A stretch of DNA of 64,000 nucleotides from a bacterium (GTDB lineage Bacteria; Patescibacteriota; Dojkabacteria; JAKAPS01; JAJZLI01), in the NCBI GenBank assembly GCA_021816845.1, contig JAKAWT010000002.1, positions 213,329 to 277,328 on the forward strand, in the 5' to 3' direction. Numbering within the stretch: the stretch's first letter is position 1; every line of letters begins with the position of its first letter. This document shows, piece by piece, positions 10,177 to 19,350 of this stretch. The position numbers and the translations under genes are program-made. The notes under the pieces were generated by a model. That model was not told the DNA's origin. It was given only the letters and a program-made list of their open reading frames with translations, and made no database searches.

Positions 10177-11805
10177 CTATTCTGAAATTCTTATTATCTC
10201 CCCCTTTAGTTTTTTTACGAAATAACTATCATGAGATACATATAATATACCTCCGTGGAAATCTTTTAGGATATTTTCTAGTTCTTCTATAGATGGTAAA
10301 TCTAAATGATTAGTTGGCTCATCTAAAATAAGGAGATTAGGATTATTTGATAGCATTTTTATTATTTGGAATCTTGATTTTTGTCCACCAGATAAGTTTT
10401 TTACTAATAAGTCTCTATCCAATGATGGATTAAATAGATAATCATTCAAGATTTTATTAACATTAGGCATAGGTATATCACCTAACTGATATACCTCTTC
10501 AACGGCTTTCTCAAGTGTCATATTAAAATAGTAATTATCAATCTCCTGCTCATAAATACCAAGTTTTATCTTATTATCTGGTATGATTTCTCCCTCATAT
10601 ATTTTTGCCTCACAATGACTATTCTCTATAGCAGATATGATTGTTTTTATTAAAGATGTCTTTCCAGCACCATTTCTTCCCTTAAGATGGACTTTATCTC
10701 CTGGGGATAATATGAAACTAATATTACTAAATAATGGATACTTATAACCTATGGAAATTTTCTTAACTTTTAATAAAACATTACTTTGTATATCATGATC
10801 TGTAATTTTTATTGATATATTCTTATCTTTATATTTTTCATATTTATCAGCAATTTTTTTGTTTACATCTTTAATTGATTCCTCATCAATCCATATAGAT
10901 GGTTTTTCTAAATTTTTCTTTACCTTGTCATACTCTCTCCCTACCCTCTCATACATTACTCTAGTTGATGCATGTGCACCTCTTTTTTTGATACTTTCTA
11001 CCTGTTTTTTTAATCTGTCCAGTGATTTTAATGAACCTTCATAAGCCTGAATTTTAGTTACATTTGTAATACTATTTTGGCTTAGGTATGAATCATAGTT
11101 TCCAGGAAATGTAAAAGCTTTTTTATCTTTTATCTCTATTATCTTATCTACATAGTTTAAAACATCTCTATCATGAGTTATTACACATATCCCGTGAGTT
11201 GTATTTTTAAACCAAGAAATAAAATCATTCTTTCCTATATCATCCATATGATTTGTAGGTTCATCAATAAGTGCTATATCACAATCTGAATACATAATCT
11301 TTACTAATTCAACAAATCTTTTCTCTCCTCCAGATAATTTTATAAGGGGCATTAATGCTCTTGCTTTATCTATCTTGTATTTCAAAAGGGAGTTTAAAAC
11401 CTGATCCTCAATGTTATAGTATCCATACTCACTGAAAAGATTTATAGCTTTAGTATAAATATCTATCAAATCCATGTCAGATCCCATAATATCAGGGTAC
11501 TTATCTATTATATTCTTTAAGTCTATATATTCTGGTAAGCTTTGCATCACATAATCGAGGGAGGATATTGAGTCCTCAATAGAATATTCTTGTTTGGTCA
11601 ATATTATTTTTGTATCTTTCTTAATATCAATAACACCTTTATAATCCTTATCTTCTCCTGAAATAATTTTAAAAAGTGTTGTTTTCCCCGTACCATTCCT
11701 GCCAATGAAACCAACTTTTTCATTCAAATTTACAAAAAAAGACATATTTTCATATAAAACCTTATTATTAATAGATTTTTCATCAATCTTTACATTTAAA
11801 ATCAT
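10177..11805 (-). CDS. ABC-F family ATPase (two tandem ABC domains, no TM)
   Basis: Two Walker A (GRNGTGKTT, GRNGAGKTS), two LSGG signatures, two DEPTNH Walker B motifs and a charged inter-domain linker. Start placed at the internal Met (MILNVK); the ORF extends upstream to 11859 through a GGATC-repeat copy. Confidence 0.8.
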   Translation of the reverse strand: MILNVKIDEKSINNKVLYENMSFFVNLNEKVGFIGRNGTGKTTLFKIISGEDKDYKGVIDIKKDTKIILTKQEYSIEDSISSLDYVMQSLPEYIDLKNIIDKYPDIMGSDMDLIDIYTKAINLFSEYGYYNIEDQVLNSLLKYKIDKARALMPLIKLSGGEKRFVELVKIMYSDCDIALIDEPTNHMDDIGKNDFISWFKNTTHGICVITHDRDVLNYVDKIIEIKDKKAFTFPGNYDSYLSQNSITNVTKIQAYEGSLKSLDRLKKQVESIKKRGAHASTRVMYERVGREYDKVKKNLEKPSIWIDEESIKDVNKKIADKYEKYKDKNISIKITDHDIQSNVLLKVKKISIGYKYPLFSNISFILSPGDKVHLKGRNGAGKTSLIKTIISAIENSHCEAKIYEGEIIPDNKIKLGIYEQEIDNYYFNMTLEKAVEEVYQLGDIPMPNVNKILNDYLFNPSLDRDLLVKNLSGGQKSRFQIIKMLSNNPNLLILDEPTNHLDLPSIEELENILKDFHGGILYVSHDSYFVKKLKGEIIRISE

Positions 11806-11831
11806 TATTTTTAGATATATAAATATTTTCA

Positions 11832-11858
11832 GGATTAGAATCCAAGGATCTTGATCCA
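11832..11858. repeat. GGATC-palindrome tandem repeat copy (GGATTAGAATCC aa GGATCTTGATCC)
   Basis: Member of the dispersed GGATCYRGATCC family; lies at the 5' boundary of the ABC-F ORF. Confidence 0.6.
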
Positions 11859-11919
11859 ACCTTGTGATTTTAACATATTTATAGAAGATAATTGTATTTT
11901 AATATATAATTGTGGAATT

Positions 11920-12870
11920 ATGACAAATTTTTGGTTGAGTCTTAAAAAACCTTTTTTCGTCCTTGCTCCAATGGATGATGTAACAGATATTGTGTTTCGT
12001 GATGTTGTAGAGAAAGTATATCCTCCTGATGTTTTTTTTACTGAATTTGTATCTATAGAGGGTCTAGCTTCTAAAGGTCGAGAAAATGTTATAAGGAAGC
12101 TTAAAAGAAATATTAAAAGCAACAAACCTCTAGTTGCTCAAATATGGGGTAGAAATTTAGATGATTATATTAAAGCTACTAAAGATATTAGAAAGATGGG
12201 ATTTGATGGTATTGATATAAATATGGGATGCCCTGAACGAGGTATTGTAAGACGTGGTTATTGCGGAGGATTAATAGGACAATATTCTGAAGTTGAATCT
12301 ATCATTAAAGCAGCAAAAAAAGGTGCAGGTACTATTCCAGTTAGTGTTAAAACTAGAATAGGTATAGATCATGCTATTACCAATGATTGGTTCAGTTTTC
12401 TCCTAAAACAAGATCTTGCTGCTATAACAGTTCATGCTCGTACTGTAAAAGAGATGAGCAAGGTTGAAGCTCACTACGATGAAATTAAAAAAGTAGTGAA
12501 ACTTCGTGATGAATTATCCAAAAATACTTTGATCATTGGTAATGGGGATATTACAAGTTATAAGAAAGGTCTAGATCTAGTAAAAGAAACTGGAGTTGAT
12601 GGTGTGATGATAGGAAGAGGGATTTTTAAAGATATATTTATATTTGATCCTAAGAAGAAAGAACATACACTAAAAGAGATGATAGATATACTCACTTATC
12701 ATCTAGATAAATATGAAGATAATACAGATTATAAATCTTTTCAAATACTTAAAAAATTTTTTAAGATATATGTTAATAATTTTGATGGAGCTAATGATTT
12801 ACGTATTGAATTAATGCAAACAAATTCTGTAAGGGAAGTGAAGAATATTTTAGTAAATAGAGATTTTTAA
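11920..12870 (+). CDS. tRNA-dihydrouridine synthase (Dus family)
   Basis: FVLAPMDDVTD, GFDGIDINMGCP (FMN/TIM-barrel Dus motifs); start chosen at the ATG at 11920 inside ORF 11851..12870. Confidence 0.8.
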   Translation: MTNFWLSLKKPFFVLAPMDDVTDIVFRDVVEKVYPPDVFFTEFVSIEGLASKGRENVIRKLKRNIKSNKPLVAQIWGRNLDDYIKATKDIRKMGFDGIDINMGCPERGIVRRGYCGGLIGQYSEVESIIKAAKKGAGTIPVSVKTRIGIDHAITNDWFSFLLKQDLAAITVHARTVKEMSKVEAHYDEIKKVVKLRDELSKNTLIIGNGDITSYKKGLDLVKETGVDGVMIGRGIFKDIFIFDPKKKEHTLKEMIDILTYHLDKYEDNTDYKSFQILKKFFKIYVNNFDGANDLRIELMQTNSVREVKNILVNRDF

Positions 12871-13467
12871 ATGAATGATATTAAAATAACTATTAATGTT
12901 TATAATAACAGAGCCAAAGAACTTTCAGATTACTATGATACATATGATAGAAGTGGAGACATAAAAAGAGTCTTTTCATATATTAAAAAACCTAACCCTA
13001 GAGTTTTAGAGATTGGATGTGGAGGAGGTAGAGATGCAGTAGAAATATTAAAATATACAAAAGATTATATTGGAATGGATATATCATCAAATATGTTAGA
13101 TTTAGCTAAATCTAGACTACCTAATGCTGTATTTGAACTTGGAGATATAAACACTTACAATCTACCTTTAAATATAGATATTATTTATTCATCAGCATCA
13201 CTACTGCATTCCAATAAGAATGTAGTTAAAAACGTATTAAAACGTTGTCATCGTGTACTTAATATTGATGGTATTGTATATATATCTTTAAAATATGGTA
13301 CTTATAAAAAAATAATAAAGAAAGATAGGTTTGGAGAAAGACTATTTTATTTGTATACCCCAGAGGATATTAAAAAATTAGCATTGAGTATGTATCAGGC
13401 TATTTATGAAGATACACAAACCATAGAACACACAAAATGGTTCACACTCGTACTTAGAAAGGTATAA
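12871..13467 (+). CDS. class I SAM-dependent methyltransferase
   Basis: Motif I VLEIGCGGGRD, motif II-like region, 198 aa. Confidence 0.7.
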   Translation: MNDIKITINVYNNRAKELSDYYDTYDRSGDIKRVFSYIKKPNPRVLEIGCGGGRDAVEILKYTKDYIGMDISSNMLDLAKSRLPNAVFELGDINTYNLPLNIDIIYSSASLLHSNKNVVKNVLKRCHRVLNIDGIVYISLKYGTYKKIIKKDRFGERLFYLYTPEDIKKLALSMYQAIYEDTQTIEHTKWFTLVLRKV

Positions 13468-13572
13468 AATAATATTTTAAAAATCCTTATATTTAACTTC
13501 TCTGTATGAATAAATATAACAAACAACTCACATCGCTTTGAAACGAGTGAGCTGTTTATTTAAAAGTACTGA

Positions 13573-14115
13573 TTACTGAGCAAAAACTGATCCGTAACCA
13601 TTTGGAGTTGCCAATGTACATAATTGGTGTCCACCTCCATTTATACTTGTAGTACAGTAATCATAACTATCATTTCCTTGATCCATAATTACCTCATAAT
13701 TACCCCAAATAGAGTAACCACCTTGTAACCAATATGGACTAGAAGATGCTGCTGAACCTACCCATATAATTTTATAATGCCATACTCCACCAGAACCATT
13801 AGGTACATTACCATTAAATTCATTGTCTACCCAGGCTCCTAAACAATAAGTAGGATTATTATATCCATTAGCATTACAATTATCCCATTGAGCATTCCAT
13901 TTCATAACAAGCTGATCATTAGGATTACCGTCACAATTTGAAGGAGCATTCATTGATGCACAAAAACTAGCATTAGTACCGTTAAAAATTCTAGCTCCAT
14001 AATTATATCCATATTGATTGAATCCCTTTGTTCCTGCTGCAAATGTGAAAACAGCTCCTAAACTCAACATTAAAGCTCCTACGGCTCCCCCTATTAAAAA
14101 TTTTTTAATATTCAT
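13573..14115 (-). CDS. secreted cysteine-rich hypothetical protein
   Basis: Signal peptide/TM at the N-terminus; 8 Cys; Gly/Asn/Trp/Tyr-rich mature part (lectin- or bacteriocin-like composition). Confidence 0.45.
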   Translation of the reverse strand: MNIKKFLIGGAVGALMLSLGAVFTFAAGTKGFNQYGYNYGARIFNGTNASFCASMNAPSNCDGNPNDQLVMKWNAQWDNCNANGYNNPTYCLGAWVDNEFNGNVPNGSGGVWHYKIIWVGSAASSSPYWLQGGYSIWGNYEVIMDQGNDSYDYCTTSINGGGHQLCTLATPNGYGSVFAQ

Positions 14116-14403
14116 AATTATTCACCTCCTAAATGTACACCAATATGTTATTCCTATAGGACTACAATGTCAATAATTTATATATTCCATTATTATGATA
14201 ATATATTGAATACTACATTTGTTATTAATAATCCTATTGGGTGATTAGAAGTATATGTTGGTTTAAATTTTTATACTTTTTTCACTACTATACTACATAA
14301 TACACATTTGAAACTTAGGGTATCAATTCTAATTTATATTGGGAACTAGTTTGAGCCTATATGTAGATAACTTCTGATATTTTAGACAATGTGTTGACCT
14401 TTA

Positions 14404-14961
14404 TTACATCAAATCTTCCATCCACTTATCACTAGTTATAACATTTGCTTGTCTTGGAAATATTTTATTAATAAGTACTGAGTGAACTTCTGGGTCACTA
14501 TCAAAACAAAGATCTGAAAGTATAGTGATTGTAAAATCCTTATCTGCAGCTTCTCTTGTAGTTGAGAGTACTACTCCACTTGTAGATATTCCTGAGAGTA
14601 TAATATTTTCAAAACCACCTGCTCTAAGAATCATATCTAAATCACTTCCACTGAAAGCACTAATTCTATGTTTAGTAACTAATATATCATTATCTTTAAT
14701 ATCTATTATAGGAGTAACACCAACCATTGAACTTGAAGCCCTTTCTTTCATAGCACTAAATGATTTATTAGAAGAGCTAATTTCTGGAGCTCCTTTACGG
14801 AAACTAACCACAACATAGATTACTTGGATATTATTTTTATGAGCAAAATCAACGGTAGCATTAACTTTTTTCAAAAATTCATCCTTATTATCTAGATTAT
14901 CAACTATTCCAGGTTGTATATCCATCACAAGTAATGCAGTTTTTTCCGATTTATTATTCAT
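14404..14961 (-). CDS. isochorismatase-family cysteine hydrolase
   Basis: ALLVMDIQ...., VIYVV, ILSGISTSGVVLSTTREA pattern with catalytic Cys (DLC). Confidence 0.7.
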   Translation of the reverse strand: MNNKSEKTALLVMDIQPGIVDNLDNKDEFLKKVNATVDFAHKNNIQVIYVVVSFRKGAPEISSSNKSFSAMKERASSSMVGVTPIIDIKDNDILVTKHRISAFSGSDLDMILRAGGFENIILSGISTSGVVLSTTREAADKDFTITILSDLCFDSDPEVHSVLINKIFPRQANVITSDKWMEDLM

Positions 14962-15479
14962 GATTTCATTATAGCATATGCTACTGATCAGGGTAAATTA
15001 TTGAATTGAAATATCATAGGTTGATTAAAATTGAACCTAATTGAAGGAAACATTCTTAATTAAAACCAATTTCTTAAATAAATAGAGAAAAATAATATTT
15101 AATAAATAAGAATATATACACTCAAAAATTAGAATCACACTACCTCATCAAATGAAATTTATCATACTAGGATGTTAATATATTATTTATTTTCCTTTTT
15201 TTTAAGAGTACAATTCAATTAAGAAATAATATTGAAATTATGAGTAAAAATCTAATAAACATAATTTATATTGTTGCTATGATATCTACGATAGTTATTG
15301 TAGATATACTTTTCTTTAGGAATCAATTCTGGCCACGATTAATGTCGAATATTGGAATTATTCTTATATACACAGCTTTCTATCTAGTATTTTTTATAAA
15401 TCGCTAAAAAGTATATAAATGCACACATCTCCATGAGTATCGTAGGCGACGTTAAAACCTTTTCATATATATTCAGATA

Positions 15480-16208
15480 CTAACGTTTTTTGAAATTATT
15501 ATAGATATAGTTTTTAATTAATTTTTCTAAATCCATTATTTCATTATTTTTTAGGCATTTTTTTAAATCATCTAAAAAATCCTTATCATATCTCTTAATA
15601 TAGTAATCATGTTGAAATTTGTGATTATATAAAAATTTGTATCTTTTATCTTCATGTGAGAAAGGAATTTCTTCTCCATATATTTTACAATACATTGGAA
15701 GAATATTCCAATATATTATACTTATATACATACCTTTATAGTTAGGATTATCTTGGTAATATTTTTTCATAAGATTCATTTTTTTATATAGATACTTATA
15801 TTCTATCTCCTTAATCTCTCTTTTTACAAAATTTTCTTGTATATGCACACTACTTTTATCTTTCAAATCTTTAATAATATTTTTATTATCTTTAACTATT
15901 TCTCCTATATAGAACATTCTTGATGTCACTTTAGTATTACAATTATAATCTTTAGCAAATCGATCCTGAACACCTTTAGTAGTAGATATAAATAAATCTA
16001 TATTCAATTTTCGATTTTTAATATGAGTAAAAAAATTATATTTGTGATTATCTGTAATAATTATAATATCTATATCTGATCCTTTCGTATTTAATCCCAA
16101 AACATAGCTACCAGTAATAATATATCCAATCAATGGAAATATTTCATACTCAGATCCATTATTATTAATAAAATTTTCAATTTTTTTATAGGGAATATTC
16201 TTTTTCAA
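15480..16208 (-). CDS. Pol-beta-superfamily nucleotidyltransferase (KNTase/Lnu-like) with C-terminal helical domain
   Basis: GSYVLGLNTKGSDIDIIIIT = G[GS]-x9-13-DhD signature; 242 aa; extremely Lys/Asn/Ile/Tyr-rich. Confidence 0.55.
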   Translation of the reverse strand: MKKNIPYKKIENFINNNGSEYEIFPLIGYIITGSYVLGLNTKGSDIDIIIITDNHKYNFFTHIKNRKLNIDLFISTTKGVQDRFAKDYNCNTKVTSRMFYIGEIVKDNKNIIKDLKDKSSVHIQENFVKREIKEIEYKYLYKKMNLMKKYYQDNPNYKGMYISIIYWNILPMYCKIYGEEIPFSHEDKRYKFLYNHKFQHDYYIKRYDKDFLDDLKKCLKNNEIMDLEKLIKNYIYNNFKKR

Positions 16209-16214
16209 TATAAA

Positions 16215-17339
16215 CTATATGTTAAAAGTATATTTATCTATTTTGGATTTATCACCTTGTGCTATTTTATAATAATTCCCATAGTGTTTATTTGAACTTA
16301 ATGTCTTTTGTAAATACTCTTTCATTTTCAAAAGATAATTATTTGCTTGTGCTTGATCTTTTGATAATTGTGCTTGAGCATTACTCAGAGTATTTTGATC
16401 TCTATTTACAGTTGCTTGATCATCTTGTACATTTAATTGATCTTGCTTTATAGTCCCTGCTTCCAATGAAGCACCAACACTATATCCTAATTCATTTATA
16501 TATGCATTATTTTGTGCCTCATCTACTTGTAGTTGATTCTGATCTGTTTGTAATTGACTTTGATCAGTACTTAACTGACTCTGATCTGAGCTAACATTAC
16601 TTCTATCATTAGGAATTGTCGTTTCTTCTATAGGGAGTGCTTGAATTAATTCATTCATTCCAAACAAGTAATATACACATTCATTTTGCAAATTATTTAT
16701 AAGAAATTTTAGATTACTATTTATATTAGGACTATAATAACTTTTAGGATAATTCCTCAGAGTATTAATATTTGTATTATCACAATTATTTTCAAAATAA
16801 TTCATAGAATTTCCTATATATGAGCTTAATTGACTATTTGTCATAGTATCACTTTTAGAAAAAATTCTACTATTGATAGTGACTATATGGCTGTCTATAG
16901 AATGTATATTTGAGAGTAGATTATCGTATTTAGACACTTTATTTTGATAACTTAAATATGGAAGTAATACAAAATACCCTAATAAAGCTAAAATCACTAA
17001 TAGAACTATTAATATAGAAATACTTTTCTTATTAATTAATCGTTTAGGATTAAACTTTTGTCTATTTGTTATTTTTGATTTTACTATATTAAAATTTCTA
17101 AGTTCTGTTGTTATATATTTTTTATATTCCTTATTATATTCAATTCTTTGAATAGGATTACTTAATACTTCGTATGCCTCATTAATATCTTTCATTTTTT
17201 CTTCAATTTTAAGATCCTCTCTTACTTTGTCTGGATGATATTTACTAATTAAATCCTTATATGATTCTTTTATTTCTTCTGATGAAGAGTTAATAGAAAC
17301 TCTTAAGATATTATAATAATCTTTAAATTTGTCATTCAT
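16215..17339 (-). CDS. J-domain (DnaJ-like) membrane protein with C-terminal coiled-coil/Q-rich domain
   Basis: N-terminal J domain DYYNILRV...KYHPDK (HPD motif), one TM helix, DQSQL repeats near the C-terminus. Confidence 0.6.
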   Translation of the reverse strand: MNDKFKDYYNILRVSINSSSEEIKESYKDLISKYHPDKVREDLKIEEKMKDINEAYEVLSNPIQRIEYNKEYKKYITTELRNFNIVKSKITNRQKFNPKRLINKKSISILIVLLVILALLGYFVLLPYLSYQNKVSKYDNLLSNIHSIDSHIVTINSRIFSKSDTMTNSQLSSYIGNSMNYFENNCDNTNINTLRNYPKSYYSPNINSNLKFLINNLQNECVYYLFGMNELIQALPIEETTIPNDRSNVSSDQSQLSTDQSQLQTDQNQLQVDEAQNNAYINELGYSVGASLEAGTIKQDQLNVQDDQATVNRDQNTLSNAQAQLSKDQAQANNYLLKMKEYLQKTLSSNKHYGNYYKIAQGDKSKIDKYTFNI

Positions 17340-17365
17340 AACATATATAAAAATATTCCCTAGAT

Positions 17366-19177
17366 TTATTGTATAGCAGTAGGTGTAGCAACTCCTGCAA
17401 TACTACCTAAGAAATTTGCGTCTCCAAATGTATATACTCCTCCATCTGCTGTTACCATATAATAACCTAACCCATCTATTGATAATTTAAATGCAACTGG
17501 TGTTCTTACTGGTGGATTTGTTATATTAAACATTGATCCATAGAATTGAGCATCTCCAAACGTATATACCCCTCCATCTGCTGTTACCATATAATACCCA
17601 TTCCCATCATTTGTTACAGCAAATGCTACCGTAGTCTTTACTGGGGCATTTGGTATATTATATGTAGATCCATGAAATTGAGCATCTCCAAATGTATATA
17701 CTGCTCCATTCTGAGTTACTATGTAATATCCACCCCCATCTGGTGTTACTCCAAATGCCACAGGTGTTTTATCAGGTATGGCTGATTGGGGTATGTTAAA
17801 TAACGATCCATGGAATACTGCATCTCCAAATGTATATACACCCCCATCTGCAGTAAGAACATAATATCCATTACCATCTGGAGTGGCCACAATAGCCACG
17901 GGAGTCTTCACTGGAGCGTTTGGAATATTATATACTGATCCATAGAATTGAGCATTTCCAAATGTATATATTCCCCCATCTGAAGTTAGAATGTAGTACC
18001 CAGTATCAGTTGGATTTTCAGCAAATCCCACACCTTGCTTCGAAGGTACACCATTAGGAATATTACTCATATCTCCATAATTATTAGTTCCAAAATTGTA
18101 TAAATTACCGGTTAAAGATAATATTGAATAACCATCACGTAATTGAGATACATATACAGCATTAGAGTATGAATAAGATGTTCCAATTGTGTTGTTACAT
18201 TGGGCAGAATCATATGTTCCACCTCCTAATATATATGCAATATTATTATATGTAGCAACACTCTCACCTGAAATTCCAACAAATGCACAAGTAGAATTTG
18301 ATTGAGAATAATAATTCCAAGTTCCTAATGTTCCATTAGAATTTATATTAGAATAAACCATTCCAGTATTTCCTCCTATGCCATAAATATATCCATTAAT
18401 AATGAAATAATTTGATGGGTATATCCAATCTGAATAACTATTACTTGGATAAAAATGGTTTGTAGAGTTCCATACACCTAATGTACCATTACTCTGTATT
18501 TGCGAGTAATATATACTTAATTGTGAAGGGATAGTCCCTGTATAAATATAATATATATCCCCATTATATGCTAAAGACACTGCATCATAATCATCTACAG
18601 GAAGAGAAGTAGTAGAGTTCCATACACCTAATGTACCATTACTCTGTATTTGAGAATAATATACTGTATTTAGATAATTGTAATTTAAAGTTCCATTTAT
18701 TTGATTGTATCCACCAAGTTTATATATATATCCACCATAAGCCGCTATACTAGGATTATTAATATTTTGTGAAATAGATGATGTGGAATTCCAAATACTA
18801 AGTGTACCATTACTTTGTATTTGCGAGTAATATACTGTATTTCCTAATAAATATATATATCCATTAGACTCAACAGCTAAATTACTAACATTATTGGGTA
18901 TAGAAGTAGTAGAATTCCAATTTCCCAAAGTATGATTGCTTTGTATTCGGGCATAGTAAACTGAGTTTACACTATTTGGCATTCCATTTATTAATATATT
19001 CCCTCCTACTTCGTAAATATACCCATTATAAGTTATAGAAGAAGAATTACTAATTTCTTGAGGTAGAGAAGTTGTATTTTTCCAATTTAGATAATGAGCA
19101 TAGGATCCATGTGAAAAAATAAAACCATAAATTAGTAATAAAGCAAAAGAAAAAAATATATTTTTTATAAATTTCAC
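17366..19177 (-). CDS. secreted beta-propeller-like repeat protein (Kelch-like N-terminal repeats plus 5 C-terminal GYYxLTxDGGVYTFGNAQF repeats)
   Basis: Signal peptide; repeated YYSQIQSNGTLGxWNSTTS blades; C-terminal 47-aa repeats paralogous to the 1..1271 protein. Confidence 0.6.
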   Translation of the reverse strand: MKFIKNIFFSFALLLIYGFIFSHGSYAHYLNWKNTTSLPQEISNSSSITYNGYIYEVGGNILINGMPNSVNSVYYARIQSNHTLGNWNSTTSIPNNVSNLAVESNGYIYLLGNTVYYSQIQSNGTLSIWNSTSSISQNINNPSIAAYGGYIYKLGGYNQINGTLNYNYLNTVYYSQIQSNGTLGVWNSTTSLPVDDYDAVSLAYNGDIYYIYTGTIPSQLSIYYSQIQSNGTLGVWNSTNHFYPSNSYSDWIYPSNYFIINGYIYGIGGNTGMVYSNINSNGTLGTWNYYSQSNSTCAFVGISGESVATYNNIAYILGGGTYDSAQCNNTIGTSYSYSNAVYVSQLRDGYSILSLTGNLYNFGTNNYGDMSNIPNGVPSKQGVGFAENPTDTGYYILTSDGGIYTFGNAQFYGSVYNIPNAPVKTPVAIVATPDGNGYYVLTADGGVYTFGDAVFHGSLFNIPQSAIPDKTPVAFGVTPDGGGYYIVTQNGAVYTFGDAQFHGSTYNIPNAPVKTTVAFAVTNDGNGYYMVTADGGVYTFGDAQFYGSMFNITNPPVRTPVAFKLSIDGLGYYMVTADGGVYTFGDANFLGSIAGVATPTAIQ

Positions 19178-19350
19178 TTAATTAATTACCAAAATAATTA
19201 TCTTAGATTCTACTCCTTACTTTTAAAAAAACAATATGAGTATATAAAAGATATATTGTATATAAATAAATTAAAACGATATTTTTATACTATAAAATTC
19301 AAATTATCCTAATTGTATTTTGCTGAATTAGTCTTCCTCATATACTATAA

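Noticed and set aside
11835-12125. ORF 11835..12125 (minus) and the 5' extensions of the ABC-F (to 11859) and Dus (from 11851) ORFs
   Set aside because: The extensions run through the GGATC repeat and overlap each other; internal Met starts (11805 and 11920) give N-termini matching family consensus.
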